Source: Neisseria sp. (GTDB taxonomy: Bacteria; Pseudomonadota; Gammaproteobacteria; Burkholderiales; Neisseriaceae). Taken from it: DNA of 64,000 nucleotides. Made by a program: the position numbers and the translations under genes. The notes beneath the pieces were generated by a model. That model was given only the letters and a program-made list of their open reading frames with translations, was not told the DNA's origin and made no database searches. The stretch is taken from assembly GCA_041855125.1 (NCBI GenBank), contig JBHADP010000034.1, positions 8,724 to 72,723 on the forward strand. The letters are read 5' to 3'. This document shows, one piece after another, positions 10,222 through 20,493 of this stretch (positions are counted from its first letter, which is position 1; each line of letters begins with the position of its first letter).

Positions 10222-10755
10222 CTAACTTAATAGCATTTCTTGCAATAGTTTCATACCCCATTGCCAACCTGAGAGGGCTTGGTTTAAATGCCCTGTGTGG
10301 GGGGAAACCAGTAATTTGGCGCGCCATAAGTTGGCTTGTTGTTGCGCCCACTCGGCTGGGCAATGGGGGTCGTCTTTGCCGATAACCAATGCTGTGGGGC
10401 AATGGCAATGTATGCGTTGTAAGGTGTGATTAGGGTCATCGGGTAGGGCGGTTTGTAGTGGTGCAACCAATAACATATGGCGAATGCGTTTTTGGGCGTG
10501 TATATCGGTTTGATAAAGCCATGCCAAACACCCCGAAACCCCTGCACCGTGTGCCACGATTACCACAGTTTCGCTGCGGATGGTTTGCCAAATAGGGTGC
10601 AGTTGTTGTTGCCATTGGCTGAGGGAATCATGGCGATTGATTTCCGCCACCCGAACGGTGGGATAGCTTACCGCCCAACGGTCTAGCCACATATCGGCTT
10701 CGGCGGTATCGCGGATAAGGAAAAGGGTTAAATCTTCTAATTCTTGGCTGTGCAT
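10222..10755 (-). CDS. RBBP9/YdeN-like alpha/beta hydrolase fold protein, nucleophile Ser apparently absent
   Basis: VIVAHGAG at nucleophile elbow, LLVAP, DDP, GHLN. Confidence 0.65.
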   Translation of the reverse strand: MHSQELEDLTLFLIRDTAEADMWLDRWAVSYPTVRVAEINRHDSLSQWQQQLHPIWQTIRSETVVIVAHGAGVSGCLAWLYQTDIHAQKRIRHMLLVAPLQTALPDDPNHTLQRIHCHCPTALVIGKDDPHCPAEWAQQQANLWRAKLLVSPHTGHLNQALSGWQWGMKLLQEMLLS

Positions 10756-10842
10756 AATCGTGGTAATTGGATTGGTTTTTTAAACATTTAGTAGTATGAT
10801 GACTGAAATTCACTGCTGTTATCAATAGAGAAAGGATTTGCT

Positions 10843-11145
10843 GTGAAACAATATCAATCGATAATATTATGGGGTGTATTAACGGGGGCAATGATGGCAT
10901 CAGCCCAAGCCAGTGTATGTAAATTAAGTGAGCCAAGCAATACCCCTGTGAATGTGCGTAATTCGCCTAATGGCACGATTTTAGGACAACTGGATAATGG
11001 CACGGTGGTGCAGGTGCGTTCTAATGATAATGGTGGCGATGGCAAGGGGTGGGCATATATTGCTTGGCAGGGTCAGCCTTTAAAAAATGCGAAAACCGCT
11101 CGGTTTGAGGGGTGGGTGCCACAAGAGCATATTAGTTGTCGTTAA
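10843..11145 (+). CDS. Secreted SH3b-like domain protein, divergent paralog 4
   Basis: GTG start with GAAAGGA RBS; signal peptide; CKLSEPSNTPVNVR...GWVPQEHISC. Confidence 0.7.
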   Translation: MKQYQSIILWGVLTGAMMASAQASVCKLSEPSNTPVNVRNSPNGTILGQLDNGTVVQVRSNDNGGDGKGWAYIAWQGQPLKNAKTARFEGWVPQEHISCR

Positions 11146-11172
11146 AAAAGCACTGCCAAACAGTGCTTTTTT
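11144..11172. terminator. Bidirectional terminator
   Basis: AAAAAAGCACTG/CAGTGCTTTTTT. Confidence 0.75.
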
Positions 11173-11603
11173 CATGCTTCATCTTTGAAAAATGATGGGG
11201 TTTTGTCAGGAAATGCCGCTAAATCGCGGGTATTTTTTTGAATGGTAATCACAGCAAAGAGGCTTAATATGTATGACATGGTATAGAAGCCTTTTTCGCT
11301 TAACAGTAATTCAGCATTCCATAGCCCCACTACTATCAGAATTAAGGACGCTGCCAATGCCACCCAACTGATGCTGTAATATAAATCGGATGTGGGGATG
11401 CCTTCGTTTTTATCGCGAATGGTTTTTTGCAAACTGATGGCGGCGTATAAACCTAATATCAAAACGGCAAGATAATAGCCTTTTTCGTTTAACATCATTT
11501 CTGCATTCCATAGTCCGATTAAATAAGCCATCACGCCAATAAATAAGGCTGCCCATGATGCACCAACATAGGCGCTAGTAGGTGGTTGGATGGTGGGTGT
11601 CAT
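11172..11603 (-). CDS. yiaA: Inner membrane protein YiaA (YiaAB two-helix repeats)
   Basis: Duplicated GLWNA...EKG[YF]Y...QK[TN].RD repeat. Confidence 0.9.
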   Translation of the reverse strand: MTPTIQPPTSAYVGASWAALFIGVMAYLIGLWNAEMMLNEKGYYLAVLILGLYAAISLQKTIRDKNEGIPTSDLYYSISWVALAASLILIVVGLWNAELLLSEKGFYTMSYILSLFAVITIQKNTRDLAAFPDKTPSFFKDEA

Positions 11604-11639
11604 GCTGTGTACTCCGTAATGTGGGTGGATAAAAAAGTG

Positions 11640-12296
11640 TTATTGGCAAATGCGTTGATTAAATTGGGCGTGTTTCACTTCGCGCTGATAGGCTTCTTTA
11701 TAAAGCATTGAAGGTTCAAAAGGATGGGAAGTGGGCTGAATATGATGCGCAATGGGCTGTAACACACGGCGGCAAGCGGCTAGATTACCTGTGTTTTTAT
11801 AGCTGATGGCTAAATCGTTGCGTGTTCGCATGTCATCTACGATATGCAAAAAATCTTGGCATTGGTTGAGATAGCGTTGTTTGATTTGTGCGGCTTGTGG
11901 ATAGCGTTTTTGCTGATAAGCTGTTTTAAACTGTTGCTCCATCTGGGCGACCGCTTGTTGTTGACAAGCGGTGGGCAGGGCATGGTATTCGCCCACAAAA
12001 TCGGCATTCATGCCACAATATTGACGACAAGCATCTGTTGCGGCATCGGGTATGCTGATATGGACGCGGTTGCCTGTAAATTGGAAACGCACTTCGCAGC
12101 CTTCGCCATCATACCAACGTCCTTGTTGAATACTTCCCTCGAGTTGGCACAGATTGCCTGAATGATTCACGGTGTTGAGGTCAAATTGTGCTTGTTTTAA
12201 AGTAAGCTGCTTTGAAATATAAGCATTTTTAACACGGTATTCGTTGGCAACAGCAGGCATGCTGATGGCTAGGAAAACCAATACCAAAGTTTTCAT
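11640..12296 (-). CDS. Exported Cys-rich hypothetical protein
   Basis: Signal peptide; 8 Cys; predicted helical (TPR-like) C-terminal half. Confidence 0.7.
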   Translation of the reverse strand: MKTLVLVFLAISMPAVANEYRVKNAYISKQLTLKQAQFDLNTVNHSGNLCQLEGSIQQGRWYDGEGCEVRFQFTGNRVHISIPDAATDACRQYCGMNADFVGEYHALPTACQQQAVAQMEQQFKTAYQQKRYPQAAQIKQRYLNQCQDFLHIVDDMRTRNDLAISYKNTGNLAACRRVLQPIAHHIQPTSHPFEPSMLYKEAYQREVKHAQFNQRICQ

Positions 12297-12344
12297 GGCG
12301 ATTCCTTTAGGGGCGTGCGTTTTACCTTTTGCTTGGGCAATGGC

Positions 12345-13118
12345 TTAGGCATAATCATACGATACCACCAAGGGCGCATGGTCGGAAAATTTTTGTTCTT
12401 TGTAAACAGAAGCGCTGATGGCTTTTTGAGCTAATTCAGGCGTAACCATTTGGTAATCAATCCGCCAGCCCACATCTTTGCTATACGCTTGTCCACGATT
12501 ACTCCACCATGTATAGCCTGCAATTTCGGGATATAGGGTGCGCCAAATGTCCACCCAACCCAATTCTTGAATCACTTTGCTCAACCACGCACGTTCTTCA
12601 GGCAGAAACCCTGAGTTTTTTTGATTGCCTTTCCAGTTTTTTAAATCAATGTTTTGATGTGCGATATTCCAATCACCGCATACCACAACATCTCGTCCTT
12701 CAGCTATGAGACTTTGCAACATGGGATAAAACGCATCTAAAAATTGGTATTTAAAGTCTTGCCGTTCGGGTGCGCTGGTGCCTGAGGGCAAATACAATGA
12801 AATCACGCTGAGCTGACCAAAATCAGCACGCACAAAACGCCCTTCACGGTCGAAGGCTTCGATGCCCATGCCGATTTGAGTGCGGTCGGGTTGTTGTTTG
12901 CTGTAAATCGCCACACCGCTATAACCGCGTTTTTCTGCACAATGCCACACGCCATACATACCATGCGGACGCTGCATATTGCTGCTTAAATCGGCTTCTT
13001 GTGCTTTAAGTTCTTGCACACACACAATATCTGCGCCTGAAGCGGCGATGTAGTCTTCAAAACCTTTTTGATAAGCGGAACGGATGCCATTGACATTGGC
13101 AGAAATAATGGTTAACAC
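12345..13118 (-). CDS. xth: Exodeoxyribonuclease III / AP endonuclease
   Basis: ISANVNGIR, CVQELK, CGDWN, WRIDY, SDHAP; GTG start at 13118 preceded by AGGA. Confidence 0.93.
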   Translation of the reverse strand: MLTIISANVNGIRSAYQKGFEDYIAASGADIVCVQELKAQEADLSSNMQRPHGMYGVWHCAEKRGYSGVAIYSKQQPDRTQIGMGIEAFDREGRFVRADFGQLSVISLYLPSGTSAPERQDFKYQFLDAFYPMLQSLIAEGRDVVVCGDWNIAHQNIDLKNWKGNQKNSGFLPEERAWLSKVIQELGWVDIWRTLYPEIAGYTWWSNRGQAYSKDVGWRIDYQMVTPELAQKAISASVYKEQKFSDHAPLVVSYDYA

Positions 13119-13192
13119 GAGTTGTTTTCCTGTAAGCAAAGAACGCTATTCTACAAACAGTTTTGCTATACTGTCATTGAGTTTGAATACAT

Positions 13193-13218
13193 GGGACAAC
13201 ACATCAAGCGTTGCCCTG
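13193..13218 (-). repeat. Dispersed hairpin unit, copy B (lacks TGTGTTGAAAC tail)
   Basis: Minus strand reads CAGGGCAAC-GCTTGATGT-GTTGTCCC. Confidence 0.65.
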
Positions 13219-13328
13219 AATTGAGTGGGGTGATGCCCCTATCCATTGATGATAATCTGCTGGCAACAGTCGGGTTTTAACCATTAAGTTTTTTTGATGA
13301 ACTCTGATGCCATCTTAAAAAGGAGGAA

Positions 13329-15389
13329 ATGATGCCGTTATCCAATCGTTTGCTGTGTCGTGAAATGAGTTTATTGGCGTTTAATCGCCGTGTGTTGGCG
13401 CAAGCACAAGATACGCGCGTGCCTTTGCTGGAGCGTTTGCGTTTTTTGTGCATTGTTTCTTCTAATTTAGACGAGTTTTTTGAAGTGCGGATGGCGTATT
13501 TAAAGCGGGAACAGAAAATGCGCCCCAATCAAATTTTGGATAGTGGCATGACACCTGCGGAAACCATTGCCGCAACTGCTGAAGAAGCGCATAAATTGGT
13601 GCGTGAACAATATGCTTTGTTTAATGAAGAATTACAGCCTGCTTTAAGTCAAGAGGGGATTCATTTCTATCGCCGCCGTAATTGGACAGCCGCGCAACGT
13701 GCTTGGATTGAAGATTATTTTGCGCGTGAATTGTGGCCGATTTTAACGCCGATTGGTTTAGACCCTGCTCATCCGTTTCCCCGTCCTGTGAATAAATCGC
13801 TGAATTTTGCGGTGGAGTTGGTGGGCAAAGATGCGTTTGGACGCGCTTCAGGCATGGCGATTGTGCAAGCACCGCGTATTTTACCGCGTGTGGTGCAGTT
13901 GCCTGCGGAAATCTGTGGTGGGGACAATGGCTTTGTGTTTTTATCGTCTATTTTGCATGAATATGTTTACAAGTTGTTCCCCGGTATGGACGTGAAAGGC
14001 TGTCATCAATTCCGTTTAACGCGCGACAGTGATTTAACGGTGGACGAGGAAGATTTGCAAAATTTACGCACCGCCATTCAAAGTGAATTGCGCGACCGTG
14101 AATATGGTGATGGCGTGCGTTTGGAAGTGGCAGAAACGTGCCCACAGCATATTTATGAGTTTTTATTGGGGCATTTTCAGTTGGAACGCAGCGAGCTGTA
14201 TCAGGTGAAAGGTCCTGTGAATTTGGTGCGCTTGATGGCGGTGCCTGATATGGTGGATAGACCTGATTTAAAGTTTCCTCCCCGCATTGCGGGTTTACCC
14301 AAATTTCTTGCGAAGAATCAATCGGTCATCGATGCGATTAAGCGGGAAGATATTTTGTTGCATCACCCTTATCAATCTTTTGAACCTGTGGTGCGGTTTA
14401 TTCGCGAAGCGGCTGCCGACCCTGCGGTGGTTGCCATTAAGATGACGATTTATCGCACAGGCTCCAATTCGGAATTGGTGAATGCTTTGATGAAAGCGGC
14501 ATTAAGCGGTAAGCAGGTTACGGTGGTTGTGGAATTGATGGCGCGGTTTGATGAAGCGAATAATGTAAACTGGGCGCAAAAATTGGAAAACGCAGGGGCG
14601 CATGTAGTGTATGGTGTGTTTGGCTATAAGGTTCATGCCAAGATGGCGTTGGTGATACGCCGTGAAGAAGGGGTATTGAAACGCTATGCACATTTGGGAA
14701 CGGGTAATTATCATCAAGGCACCTCTCGGATTTACACGGATTTTGGTTTGCTGACCGCCGATGATGCTATTACCGCCGATGTGAATACTTTGTTTATGGA
14801 AATCACGGGTTTGGGGCAGCCCAGCCGTTTGAATAAGCTGTATCAAAGTCCATTTACTTTGCATAAAATGGTGATGGACAGTATTGAGCGTGAGGCGGAA
14901 CACGCTAAAGCGGGGTTGCCTGCACGCATTATCGCTAAAATGAATTCTTTGATTGAACCCAGTATTATTGAAGCCTTGTATGCTGCCAGTGCGGCAGGGG
15001 TGGAAATTGATTTGATTGTGCGCGGTATGTGTGCGTTGCGTCCTGAAGTGGCGGGTTTATCAGACCATATTCGAGTGCGTTCGATTATTGGTCGGCAGTT
15101 AGAGCATTCGCGTGTGTATTATTTCTATAATAATGGCGCGGAAAATACCTATATTTCAAGTGCCGACTGGATGGGGCGCAATTTTTTCCGCCGCATTGAA
15201 ACGTGTACGCCGATTGAACAAGCGCATTTGAAAGAACGGGTGATTCGGGAAGGTTTAACGCAAGCCTTGCAAGATAATCGCCAATCATGGTTGATGCAAG
15301 CAGATGGCAGTTATGTGCGCGCGCCTGTGGCAGAGGGTTGTGAGGAAGTGAGTATTCAAGAGGATTTGTGGGCAGAATATGGTGCTTGA
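13329..15389 (+). CDS. ppk1: Polyphosphate kinase 1
   Basis: REMSLLAFNRRVL, SNLDEFFEVR, ARFDEANN, KVHAK, LEHSR, SADWMGRN. Confidence 0.96.
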   Translation: MMPLSNRLLCREMSLLAFNRRVLAQAQDTRVPLLERLRFLCIVSSNLDEFFEVRMAYLKREQKMRPNQILDSGMTPAETIAATAEEAHKLVREQYALFNEELQPALSQEGIHFYRRRNWTAAQRAWIEDYFARELWPILTPIGLDPAHPFPRPVNKSLNFAVELVGKDAFGRASGMAIVQAPRILPRVVQLPAEICGGDNGFVFLSSILHEYVYKLFPGMDVKGCHQFRLTRDSDLTVDEEDLQNLRTAIQSELRDREYGDGVRLEVAETCPQHIYEFLLGHFQLERSELYQVKGPVNLVRLMAVPDMVDRPDLKFPPRIAGLPKFLAKNQSVIDAIKREDILLHHPYQSFEPVVRFIREAAADPAVVAIKMTIYRTGSNSELVNALMKAALSGKQVTVVVELMARFDEANNVNWAQKLENAGAHVVYGVFGYKVHAKMALVIRREEGVLKRYAHLGTGNYHQGTSRIYTDFGLLTADDAITADVNTLFMEITGLGQPSRLNKLYQSPFTLHKMVMDSIEREAEHAKAGLPARIIAKMNSLIEPSIIEALYAASAAGVEIDLIVRGMCALRPEVAGLSDHIRVRSIIGRQLEHSRVYYFYNNGAENTYISSADWMGRNFFRRIETCTPIEQAHLKERVIREGLTQALQDNRQSWLMQADGSYVRAPVAEGCEEVSIQEDLWAEYGA

Positions 15390-15405
15390 TGTTTAGTGGA
15401 TAAGC

Positions 15406-15435
15406 AACAGGTCGGCTTAAACCGACCTGTTTTTT
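15406..15435. terminator. Terminator after ppk1
   Basis: AACAGGTCGG/CCGACCTGTT followed by T-run. Confidence 0.75.
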
Positions 15436-16351
15436 ATTCTATGATTAAAAAGGGGTTATGCCCACCGCGTTGATAGCCGTTTTCGCCCATTAAGATGTCA
15501 AGGGGCAGGCTGGCGAGGTCATCGGCAAGAGGTTCGGCATATTGCTGGTGTTGTTGCATAAAGAGTTTGCGATAGTTGTGGCAAGCATCGCAGCTTTCGG
15601 CGCGTGCGCCTTGTAGGGCGCTGTATGGGGTGGCGGAGATGTCTTGCAGTGCGATGCTGGATTGGTCGTTGCAAAAGGTGCATTTGGCGCGTAAGGCGTT
15701 CCAACGGCTGTTGCAGGTGGGGCAATGTTGGTAGCGTAAGCCATGTAAGTCGTTGTTGATTAATACGATGCTGGCAACGGCTTCGCTGCCACAGCAAGGG
15801 CAATGGCTACGCTGTTCGATGATGGGAACATCGTCTTCTTGTAATTGGATTGCCCATGCTGTCCACATGATTTGTAGGGCTGCGTGGAGCCAGATTTGGT
15901 AGGGGGCTTCGGCAGGCGACAATGTGCCTTGTAAAACGCGACATGCCAATTCTTCTGCATCGGAATAGGTGAGGCTGGCAAGGTTGTCTAAGGTGGTTTG
16001 TGCAACGGCAGGAACTTTGCCTTTGAGTTCTAATAATAAGCTGCGAAACAGGGGGTAGAAGTGAGTAGGCAGTTCTACACCATCGGCAGTGGGTAAGAGG
16101 GTGGCGGTTTGGGCTAAAGGGGGAAGACTTTGGGGATGGGTGTCGAGAACGTGTTGTTGGGCGCGACACAGTTGGGCTAGTAAGTGTAAGTAGCCGCTCC
16201 ATTCGCTGGGGTCTTCGGCTGCCAGTTCGTCAAAGCGAATGGCGCGTTCGGCAAATACTTGGGCAGAAGGGGCAATAAAAAAGGGTTTATGAAATAAGCC
16301 TTTTTGTTGTTGAATGTGTTCGGCAGTTTTGATAGGAGTGATGTTAGACAT
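15434..16351 (-). CDS. fdhE: Formate dehydrogenase accessory protein FdhE
   Basis: CPCC, CPTC, CTFC, CDAC Cys pairs; ADDLASLPLD; start set at MSNITP (16351). Confidence 0.9.
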   Translation of the reverse strand: MSNITPIKTAEHIQQQKGLFHKPFFIAPSAQVFAERAIRFDELAAEDPSEWSGYLHLLAQLCRAQQHVLDTHPQSLPPLAQTATLLPTADGVELPTHFYPLFRSLLLELKGKVPAVAQTTLDNLASLTYSDAEELACRVLQGTLSPAEAPYQIWLHAALQIMWTAWAIQLQEDDVPIIEQRSHCPCCGSEAVASIVLINNDLHGLRYQHCPTCNSRWNALRAKCTFCNDQSSIALQDISATPYSALQGARAESCDACHNYRKLFMQQHQQYAEPLADDLASLPLDILMGENGYQRGGHNPFLIIE

Positions 16352-16356
16352 GGTGT

Positions 16357-17148
16357 TTACTCGGGTTGGATATAGTGTGAATGGGTGTAGATGGTTTGGC
16401 GTTGGGGATGGGCAAAGCCTATCAGGGTAAGGTTGGTTTGTTCGGCAACGCGCACGGCTAAGGCGGTGGCGGCTGAAACGGCAACCAAGCAACCTATCCC
16501 CAGTTGGGCGGCTTTTGCCACCATTTCATAGCTGGCGCGGCTGGAAACGAGTATCCAGCCTGCGGTTTTATCGATGTTTTGTTGGGCAAGATAGCCTAGG
16601 AGTTTGTCGAGGGCATTGTGTCGCCCCACATCTTCAAACACGGCAACGATATTGCCTGCTTCCACCCATGCTGCGCCATGTAGTGAGCCTGTTTGTTGGC
16701 GTAAGGGTTGGCGATGGTGAAATTCGGCTAAGGCATTTGCAATATGGGCAGCTTGAATGGGCTGGCGGTGGGATACGATAGGCAGGGTTGGCATCATGGC
16801 TGCCAAGCTGTCGATGCCGCATAAGCCACAGCCTGTGCGTCCGCTCATATTGCGGCGGCGTTCTTTAAGGGCAGCAAAACGTGATGAGGCAATTTCCAGA
16901 TGCACCGACCAACCTTCGCAACTGGTTTGAACTTCGATATCGTATAGTTGTTGGGGGGTGTGCAAAATGCCTTCGCTTAAGCTAAAGCCTAAGGCTAATT
17001 CGGCAAGGTTTTGCGGTGTTGCCATGAGAACCACATGGGAAATGCCGTTATACACTAAGGCAATGGCTTGTTCTTCTGCTAGGAAGTCGTGTTGTGCCAA
17101 CAGCTTGCCTTGTTGTAAATGATGGATGGGAAGGGAAACAATGCTCAT
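16357..17148 (-). CDS. fdhD: Formate dehydrogenase accessory sulfurtransferase FdhD
   Basis: GRTGCGLCG, TGSLHGAA, EDVGRHNALDK, SSRASYEM. Confidence 0.95.
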   Translation of the reverse strand: MSIVSLPIHHLQQGKLLAQHDFLAEEQAIALVYNGISHVVLMATPQNLAELALGFSLSEGILHTPQQLYDIEVQTSCEGWSVHLEIASSRFAALKERRRNMSGRTGCGLCGIDSLAAMMPTLPIVSHRQPIQAAHIANALAEFHHRQPLRQQTGSLHGAAWVEAGNIVAVFEDVGRHNALDKLLGYLAQQNIDKTAGWILVSSRASYEMVAKAAQLGIGCLVAVSAATALAVRVAEQTNLTLIGFAHPQRQTIYTHSHYIQPE

Positions 17149-17151
17149 GGT

Positions 17152-17904
17152 TTAAAACTGGTTTTTGAGAAGACGCAATGCCGTAAACACATCGGCTTCA
17201 TTGCGTAAATCGGTGCCGCTTAATGCTGCCACACGTTGTTGGAGGGCAGGTTGTGAGAGGCGGAGAAAAGGGTTGATTTGTTGTTCGTGCGCCAAGCCAA
17301 CAGGCAAGGTAGGCACGGTTTGCGCTTGACTAAGGGCGGCGGCAATGGCTGGGTTTTCTGGTTCAATATGGGCAGCAAACCGCAAGTTGGCAGCTGTATA
17401 TTCGTGGGCAGGATAAAACAAGGTATCGGCAGGCAGGGTTTGGAAACGCTGTATGCTGTGATAAAGCTGTGTCATGGTGCCAGTAAACACGCGCCCGCAA
17501 CCTGCGCTAAACAAGGTGTCGCCACAAAACACATGGTGTTGCCCGTTGATGCTTAAGATAAACGTTAAATGTTGATTGGTATGCCCTGCGGTATGCCAAA
17601 CTTGAACGGTATGGTGGGCGAAATCAATCACGCTGCCTTCTTGTACGCGATGGGTAGCATGGGCAATATCGTCATTGCCATACACCTGACAATCGGGAAA
17701 GGCTTGTAATAATTCTGCCACGCCCCCTGTGTGGTCGTGATGCAGATGGGTGAGCCAAATTTGGCTGAGTTGCAAACGATGCTGCTGCAAATAGGCTAAT
17801 ACAGGCGCAGCATCGCCTGTATCCACACAGGCAATGTGTTCGCCTGCTTGTAAGAGCCAAATGTAGTTGTCTTGAAAGGCGGGGATGGGGGTGATGGTGA
17901 GCAT
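17152..17904 (-). CDS. gloB: Hydroxyacylglutathione hydrolase (glyoxalase II)
   Basis: THLHHDH, GHT, GDTLFSAGCGR, AHEYT. Confidence 0.93.
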   Translation of the reverse strand: MLTITPIPAFQDNYIWLLQAGEHIACVDTGDAAPVLAYLQQHRLQLSQIWLTHLHHDHTGGVAELLQAFPDCQVYGNDDIAHATHRVQEGSVIDFAHHTVQVWHTAGHTNQHLTFILSINGQHHVFCGDTLFSAGCGRVFTGTMTQLYHSIQRFQTLPADTLFYPAHEYTAANLRFAAHIEPENPAIAAALSQAQTVPTLPVGLAHEQQINPFLRLSQPALQQRVAALSGTDLRNEADVFTALRLLKNQF

Positions 17905-17908
17905 GGGA

Positions 17909-18442
17909 TTAGGTATTCAGGAGCCAATATTGTAAGCCGATGAGGGTTTTACCATCTTGAATGGCGTTGTTTTGAATGGCTTGTTGAACTTCCGCACGGC
18001 TTAATAATACAGTTTCAACAAATTCGTCTTGGTCGGGTTGTAATTGGCTGTTGGCACTCACGCCATGCGCTTGGTAAAGATACATTTTTTCATCGCAAAA
18101 ACCGGGGGCGGTGAAAAAAGTTGCCAACAATTCTACACGTTCCGCACAATAAGGCGTTTCTTCTGCCAATTCGCGCAACGCACACACAGCAGGGTCTTCG
18201 CCTGCATCCAGTTTGCCCGCAGGCAGCTCTAATAAGGCTTGGTTGGTGGCATAACGCCATTGGCGCACAAAAATCACTTGCTCATCAGGAGTAACCGCAA
18301 GCACGCACGCGGCACCGGGGTGGCGCACCACCACACGTTGGGTTTCCTTGCCATTGGGTAAACGAATTTGGTCGCGAGTGATGCGGATAAAACCACCGTC
18401 TAAAATCGGTTCGCTGCTTAATGGGGTTTCGGTTAAGTTCAT
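17909..18442 (-). CDS. nudF: NUDIX hydrolase, ADP-ribose pyrophosphatase-like
   Basis: Nudix box GKLDAGEDPAVCALRELAEET. Confidence 0.8.
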   Translation of the reverse strand: MNLTETPLSSEPILDGGFIRITRDQIRLPNGKETQRVVVRHPGAACVLAVTPDEQVIFVRQWRYATNQALLELPAGKLDAGEDPAVCALRELAEETPYCAERVELLATFFTAPGFCDEKMYLYQAHGVSANSQLQPDQDEFVETVLLSRAEVQQAIQNNAIQDGKTLIGLQYWLLNT

Positions 18443-18454
18443 GATAGGCTTTCT

Positions 18455-19741
18455 TTAGGCTTGAAACAAAAGGGGCTGTTGTACCGCTTGGGCGATGGCA
18501 TCGGTGAGGGCTTGTAGTTGGGATGCGGTGATAAGATAGGGTGGCATCAGATAAATCAGTTTGCCAAATGGACGTATCCACACACCGTGTTGCACAAAAA
18601 AGGCTTGCATTTTTGCCATATCCACCGCTTGCCGCGTTTCCACCACCCCAATGGCACCTAACACACGCACATCGGCAACCGCAGGCATTTCGCGCAAGGG
18701 CATCAGTGTGCGTTGTAATTGCTGTTCAATTTGAGCAACTTGAGCTTGCCATTCGCCTCGTGCCAAAATATTTAAATTGGTATGGGCAACGGCACAGGCT
18801 AAGGGATTGCCCATAAAGGTAGGGCCGTGCATAAATACGCCTGCTGCTCCATTGGAAATGGTGTTGGCAATAGAGCGACGGGTGAGGGTGGCGGATAAGG
18901 TCATCATACCGCCAGTTAGGGCTTTGCCCACACACATCATATCAGGGACAATGCCTGCGTGTTCACAAGCAAACAGCTTGCCTGTGCGCCCAAAACCTGT
19001 GGCAATCTCGTCTAAAATCAAGGGTATGTGATATTCATCACATAAGGCACGGATTTGGCGCAAATATTCGGCATGGTAAATCCGCATGCCGCCTGCCCCT
19101 TGCACAATCGGCTCAAGAATAATGGCGGCGATTTCACGGTGTTGTTTTGCCAAAATGTTTTGCACAGGTTCGATATCACGAGCATCCCATGCACCATCAA
19201 AACGACTGCGTGGCGCAGGGGCAAACAGATGTTGGGGTAAAAAATGATGATACAGGCTGTGCATGGAATTGACAGGGTCGCATACGCTCATGGCACCAAA
19301 AGTGTCGCCATGATAACCGCGTGTGATGGTTAAAAATTGGCTGCGGGTTTGTCCTAAACTATGCCAATATTGCAATGCCATTTTTAACGCCACTTCCACC
19401 GCCACCGAGCCTGAGTCGGCTAAAAACACACATTCCAACGCAGATGGCACCATACGCAATAATTGTTCACACAATGCCACCGCAGGTTCATGCGTTAAAC
19501 CGCCAAACATCACATGCGACATCCTATCCAGTTGTGCTTTGGCGGCGGCGGTTAATTCAGGGTGCGCATAACCATGTTGTGCTGCCCACCAAGATGACAT
19601 CCCATCAATCAAACGTGTGCCATCTTCCAATTCAATATACACCCCTTGCGCTCGTGCCACAGGATAAACGGGCAGGGGTTGCGTCATGGAGGTGTAAGGA
19701 TGCCAAATGTGTTGGCGGTCGAAGGCAAGATTAATTGGCAT
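18455..19741 (-). CDS. bioA: Adenosylmethionine-8-amino-7-oxononanoate transaminase
   Basis: [37 protein letters not shown]. Confidence 0.96.
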   Translation of the reverse strand: MPINLAFDRQHIWHPYTSMTQPLPVYPVARAQGVYIELEDGTRLIDGMSSWWAAQHGYAHPELTAAAKAQLDRMSHVMFGGLTHEPAVALCEQLLRMVPSALECVFLADSGSVAVEVALKMALQYWHSLGQTRSQFLTITRGYHGDTFGAMSVCDPVNSMHSLYHHFLPQHLFAPAPRSRFDGAWDARDIEPVQNILAKQHREIAAIILEPIVQGAGGMRIYHAEYLRQIRALCDEYHIPLILDEIATGFGRTGKLFACEHAGIVPDMMCVGKALTGGMMTLSATLTRRSIANTISNGAAGVFMHGPTFMGNPLACAVAHTNLNILARGEWQAQVAQIEQQLQRTLMPLREMPAVADVRVLGAIGVVETRQAVDMAKMQAFFVQHGVWIRPFGKLIYLMPPYLITASQLQALTDAIAQAVQQPLLFQA

Positions 19742-19770
19742 GGTGTGAACAACAAATAAGAAAGGGCGTA

Positions 19771-20445
19771 TTATAACAAACCCCGTTCCATAAACGACAC
19801 CGCTTGGCGATGGGTGATAATAAAATGGTCGAGCAAGCGCACATCAATCAAACTTAAGGCTTGCTGCAAACGTTGGGTAAAGACAATATCAGCAGAAGAG
19901 GGTTCGGGCGAAGCGGCAGGGTGGTTGTGAGCAATAATCAGCGCGGAGGCATCATGCGCCAATGCCCATTTCACCACTTCCCGAATATAGACGGTGTTTT
20001 CAGCCACCGTGCCGCGCGACAATTCCACTTGTTGAATCAACTGATTTTGTTGGTTTAACAATAATGCCAGCGACACTTCCACCCGTTCATGCCCTAATTG
20101 CAAACGCAAATAATCGGTAACGGCTTGTGGATGAGTAAACACCGTGTTTTGCTGTAATTCCTCGCCCAATACGCGCCGTCCAATTTCTTTCACCACCGCA
20201 AACTGCGTAAAACTGGCTTGCCCCATGCCTTTGTGTTTAACCAATTCATGCTTGGGCGCGTTCATCAATTTGCCCAAGCTGCCAAATTCGTTTAACAAAT
20301 AACGTGCCAAATCCACCGCACTCATGCCGTGTGTGCCTGTGCGTAACAGCACCGCCAGTAATTCCGCATCGCTTAATGCCCCTGCGCCACGTTCCACCAA
20401 TTTTTCACGCGGTCGCTCCCCAGCAGGCCAATGCTTAATGCTCAT
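19771..20445 (-). CDS. radC: RadC family JAB-domain protein
   Basis: [25 protein letters not shown]; start at MSIKHW. Confidence 0.92.
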   Translation of the reverse strand: MSIKHWPAGERPREKLVERGAGALSDAELLAVLLRTGTHGMSAVDLARYLLNEFGSLGKLMNAPKHELVKHKGMGQASFTQFAVVKEIGRRVLGEELQQNTVFTHPQAVTDYLRLQLGHERVEVSLALLLNQQNQLIQQVELSRGTVAENTVYIREVVKWALAHDASALIIAHNHPAASPEPSSADIVFTQRLQQALSLIDVRLLDHFIITHRQAVSFMERGLL

Positions 20446-20493
20446 GATGTTTTCCCCAAAAATCATTGAAGGGCGGAATGTTCCGCCCCTGTT

